From an uncultured Candidatus Saccharibacteria bacterium (GTDB lineage Bacteria > Patescibacteriota > Saccharimonadia > Saccharimonadales > CAYUUR01): a stretch of DNA of 64,000 nucleotides. Position 1 is the stretch's first letter. Every line of letters starts with the position of its first letter. Below, in pieces: positions 37,162-45,916 of the stretch. The position numbers were made by a program, and so were the translations under genes. The DNA lies in assembly GCA_964448075.1 (NCBI GenBank), contig CAYUUR010000003.1, positions 133,610-197,609 on the forward strand, given 5' to 3'. The notes under the pieces are model-generated. The model saw only the letters and a list, made by a program, of their open reading frames with translations, was not told where the DNA came from and did no database searches.

Positions 37162-37590
37162 TTATGATAGGGTTGGTTTCTCTGGGTCGAGAGGACGAGT
37201 CCACTTTTCTGGGATAGATGACGCGCCGTAGGCTGCCCCTGCCAACGCGCCAGCAATAGCACCATAGGTGTCTGAATCGCTGGCCCACGTTCCATAAATA
37301 CTCGTAGCATTGATAGCACGCGTAACGGCTGACTCGTAATTGTCGGACAAAAGTATTGCGTCTAGCGCGATGGCAAATGATTCAAGATTGCCACCAGTGT
37401 GCGGGCGTTCCTTAATGAGAGTGTCATAGGCTGCGTCGATAATGTTTGGATACCGTTCAAATACTCCAGCCCCTAATGTTGCGCATACTGTGGCTATACC
37501 GTTACGTTCATACCATCGCTCGGGTGTCGCTTCGTTTGCCTCACGCATTGCCATAGCTGGAACAACACCACAAGACATATCTTTTGACAT
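37162..37590 (-). pseudogene. ADP-ribosylglycohydrolase-family C-terminal fragment (N-terminal half missing)
   Basis: SDSDTYGAIAGALAGAAYGASSIPEKW is the conserved C-terminal ARH block. Only 142 aa versus the roughly 260-350 aa I expect for the family. The 5' side abuts the AT-rich region. Confidence 0.5.
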
Positions 37591-37728
37591 AAGAATACTT
37601 TAACACAACTACGTGCATATGTCAACGATGTGTATTGTGCTATTGCCTTAGTGGTACGAAAGGAAAACATTACAAGCAGAAGATAAGTTTGACACTCAGT
37701 TTTAGTGAATTTAGTTCGAACAAAGTTT

Positions 37729-38703
37729 CTAGCTATCGGTTTTTGATTTATAGTAGTCAGCTATTTCATGCAACCCTTGCTTCAGTCCAAATTCGGGTTT
37801 CCAATTGAGTGTCTTCCGCAGCTTTTTGTCTGTTGTATTGAGATATAGTATTTCGCCTGCCCGTATATCACGAGTATTCCAGTTTATTTTACCTTTCCAT
37901 CCCATAACCTCAGCGATTGTACTAACAAGATTTTCGACGCTAAGACCATTATCTGGTCCAGTATTAAATACTTGTCCTGCAACTAAATCAACAGGTGCCT
38001 CAATAATTTTTTGATAAATACTAGTCAGATCCTGGATGTATATATAGCTTCTCACAGGCTTTGAATTACCTAGATTGATGACATTTGATTCCAACATCTG
38101 CTTAATGACGGTTTCAGTAATAAAATAGGTATCATTTTTGCGTCCAAATACATTTGAGTTACGTATAATCACTGCAGGAAAGTTGTAGATCTGGTGCATG
38201 CAAAGTAAGTATTTTTCAGCAGCAAATTTTGCAACTGCATATGGCGAGGTCGGGTTTGGACTAACTCCTTCGTCGAATGCCACCTCCCCTGCTCGTCCGT
38301 AAACCTCCATAGTTGAAGCAAAGATGAACTTCTTAAGATTTGGTACTTCTCGTCTGCAAGCCTCGGCTACGTTTATGGTTCCGACGTAGTTAACCTCACT
38401 AACCTCTTGCGGATGCTCGAACGAATACGAGACTGGGGTTATGGCCGCCAGATGTATTACAATATCAGGCTGGAATGCACGTAACGTCCAAGAAATTGTT
38501 GACATGTCACGTAGATCTACAAAAAAAAGCTCTATTCTTCCTAGTACTGGTTTTATGTTTTGAGCTACGCGCGGCGAATATCTAAGATAGCCGCCAACGC
38601 TGTAACCAGTATCGGCTAGTTGTTGCGCAATTTCTGATCCAATAAATCCTGACACCCCAGTTATTAGTACTTTTGTTGTGTGGCCATGTCCAAAATTTTT
38701 CAT
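37729..38703 (-). CDS. NAD-dependent epimerase/dehydratase (extended SDR)
   Basis: VLITGVSGFIGSEI (Rossmann GxxGxxG), YAVAKFAAE (YxxxK). Confidence 0.85.
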   Translation of the reverse strand: MKNFGHGHTTKVLITGVSGFIGSEIAQQLADTGYSVGGYLRYSPRVAQNIKPVLGRIELFFVDLRDMSTISWTLRAFQPDIVIHLAAITPVSYSFEHPQEVSEVNYVGTINVAEACRREVPNLKKFIFASTMEVYGRAGEVAFDEGVSPNPTSPYAVAKFAAEKYLLCMHQIYNFPAVIIRNSNVFGRKNDTYFITETVIKQMLESNVINLGNSKPVRSYIYIQDLTSIYQKIIEAPVDLVAGQVFNTGPDNGLSVENLVSTIAEVMGWKGKINWNTRDIRAGEILYLNTTDKKLRKTLNWKPEFGLKQGLHEIADYYKSKTDS

Positions 38704-38891
38704 CGTAACCCCTTTGTTAGCACTGATTCTACATAATGTTATGCATCCTGACCAGTATTCAGAACGATAACTTTGTATTATTCAATTGATTGTTAGAGGA
38801 AGTACTTAGCAATTTACTACTGCTAATTATATAGCTGAGTTATGCCTTCAGAATGATAAAAAGTCACAGTCTCAATGCTACAGACTCTTCC

Positions 38892-39069
38892 TGCCTTTTG
38901 GGGTCGGGTAATGCACAGCTGCACTCGTTCTCGGAGTAAACTCCTGCGAGCGATCTTGATGACCGAACCGACAACCTGCGCTAGCTAAAGCTATCGCGTT
39001 GTCTTGTTCGGACCCAGCCTAGAAAGAATAAAAAAAGACCCTCAGTTGAGGATCTTGTTTCATTGGCTC
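38892..39069 (-). repeat. E-type mini-element plus terminator plus minimal tRNA-Asn-like remnant
   Basis: tRNA-sense block GGTTCGGTCATCAAGATCGCTCGCAGGAGTTTACTCCGAGAACGAGTGCAGCTGTGCATTACCC has 12 differences in 64 nt versus the tRNA-Ser-linked copy. It ends CCGACCCCAAAAGGCA (compare tRNA-Asn CCGACCCCGGGAGCCA). Terminator at 39036-39056; tggctc at 39064-39069. Confidence 0.55.
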
Positions 39070-39125
39070 ACAACGATAGAGCAAGTCATAACTGCAATCA
39101 AACAAGATTTTGGTACAATTTGATC

Positions 39126-39665
39126 ATGAAGATTACATATTTCGTGCATTCAATCACTGAAGATAACGAAAAGAGTCTTGCAACTGGATGGATGCAGGGC
39201 AAATTGTCTGAAGAAGGAATAAAGCGTGCCCTGGCATTAAGACCAGACTTATCGAGTCGAGACTTTGATGCAGTATTTTGTTCAGATCTAGAGCGTGCGT
39301 TACAAAGCGCGGAGTTGTTTTTTGATAAAAAGTTCCCAGTATTTATCGATTGGAGACTGCGAGAATGCAATTACGGTGAGTATGATGGTAGGCCAGCAGC
39401 AGAATTCAAAAAGGATCGCGAGCAAGAATATATTCAAAAGAGCTACCCATCAGGAGAAAGCTACACGGATGTTGAAGCCCGCATAAAGAGCTTCTTTTCT
39501 GACTTAAGCCGATTCGATTACGACCATATTGCGATTGTCGCCCACCAGGCACCACAACTTGCCTTAGATGTTCTACTCAAAGATCAGTCCTGGGAAGAAG
39601 CTATTGCAAATGATTGGCGCAAGTCAAAATCTTGGCAACCTGGCTGGGAATATTCCGTAGACTAG
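39126..39665 (+). CDS. histidine phosphatase superfamily (PGM-like) protein, atypical N-terminal motif
   Basis: Start moved to MKITYFVHS. SDLERALQSAE, ECNYGEYDG and VAHQAP blocks. The usual RHG is VHS here. Confidence 0.6.
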   Translation: MKITYFVHSITEDNEKSLATGWMQGKLSEEGIKRALALRPDLSSRDFDAVFCSDLERALQSAELFFDKKFPVFIDWRLRECNYGEYDGRPAAEFKKDREQEYIQKSYPSGESYTDVEARIKSFFSDLSRFDYDHIAIVAHQAPQLALDVLLKDQSWEEAIANDWRKSKSWQPGWEYSVD

Positions 39666-39866
39666 ATTATTGGTTTCAACTCTACTCTGGGTATACAAAA
39701 AGTCAGAACCATATCTACAGTTCTGACTTTATCTACTTTGGCTTGGCTCCGCATACAGGTCACGAACTCTTTAACAGATGAAAATGCTACAAATGAGACA
39801 CTGTAGAAGCTGTAGCAAGAGCGTCTCATCCATAGGCGGAACTAATGTTTTGCAGCTATAAGTACA

Positions 39867-41570
39867 CTAGAAAACTGCATCCTCCTTAAGGATATAGTTC
39901 AGCCAGGCATCGGCAATTACATTCTGACTTGATTGGGAATTTACTAAAATTTTGTTCGTTTTTGTCTTCTCTTTCTTTTCCCTAAAAAGTCTGCCTATGC
40001 TAGCAACAAGCTCTCCTTGTACCAAGTAGATATATCTATCGACTGCTGCGGAATATAGGAAGTTGATGGCGTTACCGTCGTTCATCAGATGAAAATAGTG
40101 GCCACGCTTTGAGTAGCGTGTAATATCGTCGGTAATTTTATCTTTAGCGTATTCGCTATCGACAAATCGTAAGTCAAACTCATCGTCGGATGATGTGACT
40201 GATGCCAGGAATGCACCCCTTTTTAGATCTCTTAACTTCAAGATATCTATCGCCTGAGAGCCTGTTGCGCAGAAGACTATGTCGCTGCTTTTAAGGAGAT
40301 GGTCGATAGGAACGACTTTCGCTCCATCGCATGAGGCCTGTACGGCACGCATTGGATCAATCTCGCACACATACGACTGAATGCCGCGCTGCTGTAAATA
40401 TTGGAAGATGCCTCTGCCTATTTTTCCGTAGCCGATAATGCCGCAGCTTTTGTACGTGATAAGTGTGTTCAGGTTACGCAGCACAGTTTCTGCGGCATGG
40501 GCAACTCCATTACCAACAAGCTGATCCTCAAAGCTTTTAAGAGGGCTACGAGCAACAGATATAACGCGGAGATTTTCTGGCATATTCCTTTCATATTTCT
40601 GATGACCATTTTCCGTATCCTCTACAACGCCCAGTAGCTTTTTACCGAGACGCTTCTTGATTAGGTCGATGTTCTCGCTGAAGTAGCCACCGATATCTAC
40701 CATGCAGATATCGTCGTATTTCGCTAGTAAATCCGTCAGCTCTTTCGGGTCACTTGTTATACTTTCTCGGGTAAACTGATCAAGTATAGGTACGGCCATT
40801 TCTTTTAGGGTAGCTAGCGTCTTCTGATTGATTGAATTTGGCTTTGGAATTATACCAATAAGGTTGAAGTTTTCTTGCAAGCTAAGGATATAGCTTTCAG
40901 AACTTGGAATGATATGGGATACTGCAACCACTGATATGTCTTTGCTATGACTCTCCGTGATTGACTTGAAGAAGTCACGAGGGCTTGGCTCAAGCAGCCC
41001 CTCAATTCTGTCAACGACTGTTGTAAAGTGAGGGTCGTCAACAAAAATATCCCAATCAATCCACTGGAAGCCGTTTGATTCGTTAAGGTCGATATTTACA
41101 TCAGACTTTTCGGTAACATATAGATAACGAAAGTCGTGGTGGTAGTGTCCTGGCTCTTTTTTGCGAGGATTCTCGGGAATATAATGGCTGTCGATATGGA
41201 ATGGTACGTCAGGATAGCGACGTAGAACAGGCTGAAGTAAGAGATCCTCACTTTTTAAGCCTGTCTCTTCTTCTACTTCGCGCAGCGTAGCTTCAAGCGG
41301 AGAGTTATCGCTGTCGTCGATATGACCTCCTGGTTGAAGTAGCTTGCCAAGCGATTTATGTTGCAAAAGAAGCACCTGACGAGTGTGCTTATTAATAACA
41401 AAAGCGCTGGCAGTCACATGACCTACAAAGTTCTTGCGTGAAGTGATATCTTGGTCGCTCTGATCGAGTTGTTCCGCTAGTAGCTTAAGACTAGCGGCAT
41501 CGTTCGCATGAGTGGTGATGTACTTTTCGTATAGTTCTTTAATCTGCATTAATTTTCTCATGTCACCCAT
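39867..41570 (-). CDS. fusion protein: N-terminal NUDIX hydrolase plus C-terminal adenosylhomocysteinase-like (SAHH fold) domain
   Basis: NUDIX box GGHIDDSDNSPLEATLREVEEETGL. SAHH-like VEDTENGHQKY (compare EETTTGV), GIIGYGKIGRG...CEIDPMRAVQASCDGAKV...DIVFCATGS (compare GYGDVGKG...EIDPICALQAAMEG...TTTGN). Confidence 0.65.
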   Translation of the reverse strand: MGDMRKLMQIKELYEKYITTHANDAASLKLLAEQLDQSDQDITSRKNFVGHVTASAFVINKHTRQVLLLQHKSLGKLLQPGGHIDDSDNSPLEATLREVEEETGLKSEDLLLQPVLRRYPDVPFHIDSHYIPENPRKKEPGHYHHDFRYLYVTEKSDVNIDLNESNGFQWIDWDIFVDDPHFTTVVDRIEGLLEPSPRDFFKSITESHSKDISVVAVSHIIPSSESYILSLQENFNLIGIIPKPNSINQKTLATLKEMAVPILDQFTRESITSDPKELTDLLAKYDDICMVDIGGYFSENIDLIKKRLGKKLLGVVEDTENGHQKYERNMPENLRVISVARSPLKSFEDQLVGNGVAHAAETVLRNLNTLITYKSCGIIGYGKIGRGIFQYLQQRGIQSYVCEIDPMRAVQASCDGAKVVPIDHLLKSSDIVFCATGSQAIDILKLRDLKRGAFLASVTSSDDEFDLRFVDSEYAKDKITDDITRYSKRGHYFHLMNDGNAINFLYSAAVDRYIYLVQGELVASIGRLFREKKEKTKTNKILVNSQSSQNVIADAWLNYILKEDAVF

Positions 41571-41640
41571 TATAAACTAGACTACCTCTATAAACTATGC
41601 TATTATAGCATTAAATCATACATTTATCAACGGGAAGACC

Positions 41641-42237
41641 ATGAAACTACCAGAAATTATTGGAATTAGCGGAACAAATGGTGCAGGTAAAGATACGCTT
41701 GCCGCTCTTCGTCGTGAACGGGAGGGAGCCGAGCACGTCAGCCTTAGTGATGTATCGCGCAAAGAATTAACCGCCCTAGGTATCCCTCTTGAGCGAGAAA
41801 ACCTTATGGCCCTTAGCAAGCAGTGGCGAGAAGAAAGTGGTGACTACGGTGTACTAGCAACGCGCACAATACAAAGATACCTCGGAGATAAGGCGGTGAG
41901 TACGACGATTAACGGTTTGTCGATTGTAAGCGTACGCCACCCAGATGAGGCAACGCGTATTAAGGAGGCTGACGGGAAAATCTTCTGGGTCGATGCTCGA
42001 CCCGAGTTGCGGTACGAACGTGTTCGTACCGGGGGTAGAAATAGAATTGATGATCAGAAAACCTTTGAAGAATTTATTGACGAAGAACAACGAGAGATAA
42101 ATCCACTCAATCCTAATCCGGCGAGTGTTAACTTGGGTGCTGTATCTCGTATGGCAGACGTGAGGATAGAAAATAATTTCACCGATGAGTCAGGCTACAT
42201 TGACTTCTTGCTCGATAAATACTTTCCCGATTGGTAG
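41641..42237 (+). CDS. P-loop NMP/dNMP-kinase-like protein
   Basis: IIGISGTNGAGKDT Walker A of the GxGKD(T) type. Paralogous in pattern to 58530-59099. Confidence 0.55.
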   Translation: MKLPEIIGISGTNGAGKDTLAALRREREGAEHVSLSDVSRKELTALGIPLERENLMALSKQWREESGDYGVLATRTIQRYLGDKAVSTTINGLSIVSVRHPDEATRIKEADGKIFWVDARPELRYERVRTGGRNRIDDQKTFEEFIDEEQREINPLNPNPASVNLGAVSRMADVRIENNFTDESGYIDFLLDKYFPDW

Positions 42238-42238
42238 T

Positions 42239-43453
42239 CTACGCGGCTCGACACACGGTTATAAAACGTTCAGCAACCGCTTTAATATCGTCATCACTTG
42301 AGTGAATATTGATACCAAATGCCGACCCAATACCGCCGTCAACAACACCTACGCTGATGTTGATAGTGCGGTTTAAAATGCCATCCGTTTTAGGCAGATC
42401 GCCAGCGTTGACAAACCTCCCGTGAGCAGACCAGTCATCCGTAGGCGTCTTGTGTCCGCTGATTTGCTCCATGTTGCCATAGACATGCCAGCCAGATTCC
42501 GACAAAGGGATGCTGCCAAGTTGCTTACTGACTCGATCCGCCATTTCTTTGGTATCAAAAACTATAGTCAGCATCGTCGCGCACTCACCGTCAATATCGT
42601 TAATTTTTCTGAAAGTAACACCAGGAATGTCTGCTTCCTTGATGAGATTTTTAAGTTGACGCTTCTTGTCGTGCAAAACCTGAAGCATTCCGTCTAGTTT
42701 CCTCACCTGAGCCAATGCAACTGCGCCAGATAACTCGTTCATCTGAAAATTGAGACCTACGATACTCCTGTTGCCAACTTCCTTGCCGCTTCTATTAGGC
42801 TTGTGGCCTTGGTCGCTAATGGCAAATACCCTCTCGTATAGAGCGTTGTCGTTAGTGACGATTATACCTCCACTGCCAGCAGCGATATTCTTGTGCTGAT
42901 TCAGAGAGAACGCACCTATATCACCAAAAGTGCCGAGCTTCTTTCCCTTAAACGATCCTCCGGCGGCTTGGCAGCCGTCCTCGATCACAAAGAGATTGTA
43001 TTTCTTGGCAATACGCATAATAGCATCCATATCGCAGGGATTACCGAGCATGTGGACGGGCATAATCGCCTTTGTTTTCTCTGTAATTTTCTCCTCCAAA
43101 TCAATTGGATCCATCGTAAGTGATTCATCAATTTCAACCAATACAGGTGTAGCACGAGAATAAATGATTGATCCAATCGATGCCACAAACGTATATCCAG
43201 GGACTAAGACTTCGTCGCCCTCCTGTAGGCCAAGAGCAAGTAGCGATATAAATAGTGAGCTCGTACCAGAGCTATTTGCTATAGCATGTTGTGCGCCAAC
43301 ATAACCGGCAAACTCTTGCTCTAAAGAGTAGACTTTATGTTTAAACCTTAGATCATCGAGGCTACCGTAACGAGACAAGTGTCCGCTTTCGAGGACGTCC
43401 ATTACTTCTTTCCGCTCTTCGTCGCCAAAGCTATATGCACCTGGGCCCGCCAT
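42239..43453 (-). CDS. DegT/DnrJ/EryC1/StrS-family PLP-dependent aminotransferase
   Basis: EFAGYVGAQHAIANSSGTSSL, VIEDGCQAAGG, FSLNQHKNI (PLP lysine context). Confidence 0.85.
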   Translation of the reverse strand: MAGPGAYSFGDEERKEVMDVLESGHLSRYGSLDDLRFKHKVYSLEQEFAGYVGAQHAIANSSGTSSLFISLLALGLQEGDEVLVPGYTFVASIGSIIYSRATPVLVEIDESLTMDPIDLEEKITEKTKAIMPVHMLGNPCDMDAIMRIAKKYNLFVIEDGCQAAGGSFKGKKLGTFGDIGAFSLNQHKNIAAGSGGIIVTNDNALYERVFAISDQGHKPNRSGKEVGNRSIVGLNFQMNELSGAVALAQVRKLDGMLQVLHDKKRQLKNLIKEADIPGVTFRKINDIDGECATMLTIVFDTKEMADRVSKQLGSIPLSESGWHVYGNMEQISGHKTPTDDWSAHGRFVNAGDLPKTDGILNRTINISVGVVDGGIGSAFGINIHSSDDDIKAVAERFITVCRAA

Positions 43454-43568
43454 AGTTCTCCTTCTCTGTCAGAGGGTTGTATATAGTACAATGATATGCT
43501 ATAATAGCAAAAATATCAAGGTTCCATAGCAAAAAGTATCAGCGTTAACAGCACGGAGGTCGGGTAAG

Positions 43569-44573
43569 ATGAGTAAAGTTCGTCTTGGGTTAATTGGATA
43601 TGGTCGTCTTGGATCAATCCACGCGAAGAATATTAACGACTCAGAACATGCTGAACTTTTTGCCGTGTGCGATACGAATCCTGAAGCGTTAGATAGGGTT
43701 AACGAGCAGTACGATACACTTACTTTCGACAACTTGGATGATTTCTTGAATCAGCCAATTGACGGCGTTGTTATTGCATCAAATACACATCTCCATATTG
43801 AACATATAAAATCAGTAGCTAATGCAGGTAAACACATATTTACCGAGAAGCCAATTGGCTTAACGATGCAAGAGACCGACGGTGCACTGCAATCTGTCGT
43901 GGACGCTGGCGTTAAGTTTCAAATTGGCTTCCAGCGCCGCTGGGATCCTCGCTATCTGGCGGCGAAAGAATCTATTGCCAACGGAAGCATTGGCAAGCCT
44001 GTCCTTTTTAAGGCTTACGGTCGTGATCCGAATGCATCGAACGCAGCAAACTGGGGCTTGGATAAGAACGGTGGTCTTTTCCTAAATGCAGCCATTCATG
44101 ATTACGATGCGGCTAGATTTTTACTAGACCAAGAGGCCTTGAAAATCTCTGCAACAGGTGCCACCCTAGTTCACACCGGCCTGAGAGAATATAACGATAT
44201 TGACACTTGCTCTACCACATTATTAATGACTAATGACACTATGGCGATCACCGAATGGAGCCGCTATGCTTCGTATGGATACGATGTGGCCGCTGAGGTT
44301 ATCGGAACAGACGGTATCATACAGATTGGCCGCGGGAAAGATGAGGGTGTAACTCTCAGACTGCGAAACGAGCAGGCTCCTGGAGTGATTGATATTTTTC
44401 GTGACTCATACGCGGCAGAGATAGATGCCTTTGCGCTTGCTATCAAGAACGGCACGCAACCGACGCCAGGCGTTGAAGACGCTCGAATCGCACTCCATCT
44501 TGCTCTGTTGGCTCGACAATCTTTCGAGGAGCGCAAGTTATTGAATGTTACCAATTTAGCACAACTTACTTAA
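43569..44573 (+). CDS. Gfo/Idh/MocA-family NAD(P) oxidoreductase
   Basis: VRLGLIGYGRLGSIHAKN Rossmann start, FTEKP motif, 334 aa. Confidence 0.85.
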   Translation: MSKVRLGLIGYGRLGSIHAKNINDSEHAELFAVCDTNPEALDRVNEQYDTLTFDNLDDFLNQPIDGVVIASNTHLHIEHIKSVANAGKHIFTEKPIGLTMQETDGALQSVVDAGVKFQIGFQRRWDPRYLAAKESIANGSIGKPVLFKAYGRDPNASNAANWGLDKNGGLFLNAAIHDYDAARFLLDQEALKISATGATLVHTGLREYNDIDTCSTTLLMTNDTMAITEWSRYASYGYDVAAEVIGTDGIIQIGRGKDEGVTLRLRNEQAPGVIDIFRDSYAAEIDAFALAIKNGTQPTPGVEDARIALHLALLARQSFEERKLLNVTNLAQLT

Positions 44574-45193
44574 TGACTATGAGCACCGAACTATATCTGA
44601 TTCGCCACGGAGAGGCAGCAAATAATGTTCGCCATAATTATATTGCTGGTCGTAGCAATCATTTTCCATTAACAGAAAGGGGCGTCGCCCAATCACGCAG
44701 TCTAGGCACAGCCTTATTGAAGGCCGAGGTACTCCCTGATGTGGTGTATGCATCGCCGGCAATACGAGCCGTTCAGACTGCTCATCATGCACTCAATGCA
44801 ATGATGATTGATATTCCAGTCAATAAAGATGACCGCCTGCAAGAACAGGATGTTGGCACATGGGTTGGACGTGTAGCCACTGAAGTGTTTACTGATGAGC
44901 AGGTTGCCGAGATTGACAGGCTAGGAAAAGATTTTAGATCTCCTAGCGGCGAGTCGTTTAACGACGTAGGCGATCGAATGTATGAATGGGCTAACTCGAT
45001 ATCGGATAGTGGGCGTGTGCTTGCTTTCACGCATGGTGGCTCTATTCGTTGCCTTGCGTCAAAAGTTGAATCCTGGTCACACCCACAAACATATCAAACG
45101 CGTCCTGGCAATACATCGATAAGTCTGTTTACTCGTAGTGAGGATGACTGGGTGCTAGAGTACATAGGCAAGAATATAGAGGAGATTAACTAA
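44573..45193 (+). CDS. histidine phosphatase family protein
   Basis: LYLIRHGEAANN (RHG), SPAIRAVQTA, FTHGGSIR. Start overlaps the previous stop. Confidence 0.8.
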   Translation: MTMSTELYLIRHGEAANNVRHNYIAGRSNHFPLTERGVAQSRSLGTALLKAEVLPDVVYASPAIRAVQTAHHALNAMMIDIPVNKDDRLQEQDVGTWVGRVATEVFTDEQVAEIDRLGKDFRSPSGESFNDVGDRMYEWANSISDSGRVLAFTHGGSIRCLASKVESWSHPQTYQTRPGNTSISLFTRSEDDWVLEYIGKNIEEIN

Positions 45194-45916
45194 ATGACAA
45201 GCAAGGAACTCCCTATTGAGATCACGTCTCGCCTAACGGCTAATGCGCTTATCAAAGCAAACCTTAAATCGGTTATTTATTTTGGTTCTGTTAGAAATAA
45301 TCAAGACGTGCATAGTCGCTCGGACTGTGACTTACAGATTGTGCTTGATAAACCCTCATATGCACTTGCAGTCGCAATAAACACAATTCTGGAGGACTAT
45401 CCAAGTGTTGATCTAAGCGTCATGTATATGCAAGACATATATAATCAGAATGGAGACGTTATATTCCACGACGGTACGAAGAGCCTTTTCTTTATGCATG
45501 TACTCGCCTCTGGAGAAATTCTATACGGAGAAAACGTCTACAAAGATATCGTAAGCCAACTGAAATTAGAGGACATACGTCCATCATTACTAGTTACCAT
45601 ACGAGAATACCTATCGAGGCTCCGTGTAATGGCCATCCAACAGACAAATGACACGCTTGGATTCAAGAAATATAGCCTCAAATTATTCAAAGACGTTCTT
45701 GTATACCTTGGCGAAGAAAGGGCTGAGAATATCTCGCGTATCACTAATAGCTCAGCTCAGGACGACATAAAACGAATCCACTCCTTTAGCGAAGGATCGC
45801 TAGCTGCGCTGGCAGACGTTACTAGATATGACAAAAACTACACGCGCGAAGAAATGGCTCATCTTCTCACGGATTATGAAAACATCGTAGAAAGGCTTTG
45901 TAATGAATGGAATTGA
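45194..45916 (+). CDS. Pol-beta-superfamily nucleotidyltransferase domain protein
   Basis: YFGSVRNNQDVHSRSDCDLQIVLD (GS...DxD NTase core). Starts 1 nt after the previous stop. Confidence 0.65.
   Translation: MTSKELPIEITSRLTANALIKANLKSVIYFGSVRNNQDVHSRSDCDLQIVLDKPSYALAVAINTILEDYPSVDLSVMYMQDIYNQNGDVIFHDGTKSLFFMHVLASGEILYGENVYKDIVSQLKLEDIRPSLLVTIREYLSRLRVMAIQQTNDTLGFKKYSLKLFKDVLVYLGEERAENISRITNSSAQDDIKRIHSFSEGSLAALADVTRYDKNYTREEMAHLLTDYENIVERLCNEWN

Noticed and set aside
41571-41640. Direct repeat TATAAACTA x2 in the divergent promoter region between the NUDIX-SAHH gene and the kinase gene, as a possible operator.
   Set aside because: It is a short AT-rich repeat in AT-rich DNA and cannot be distinguished from chance without comparative data.
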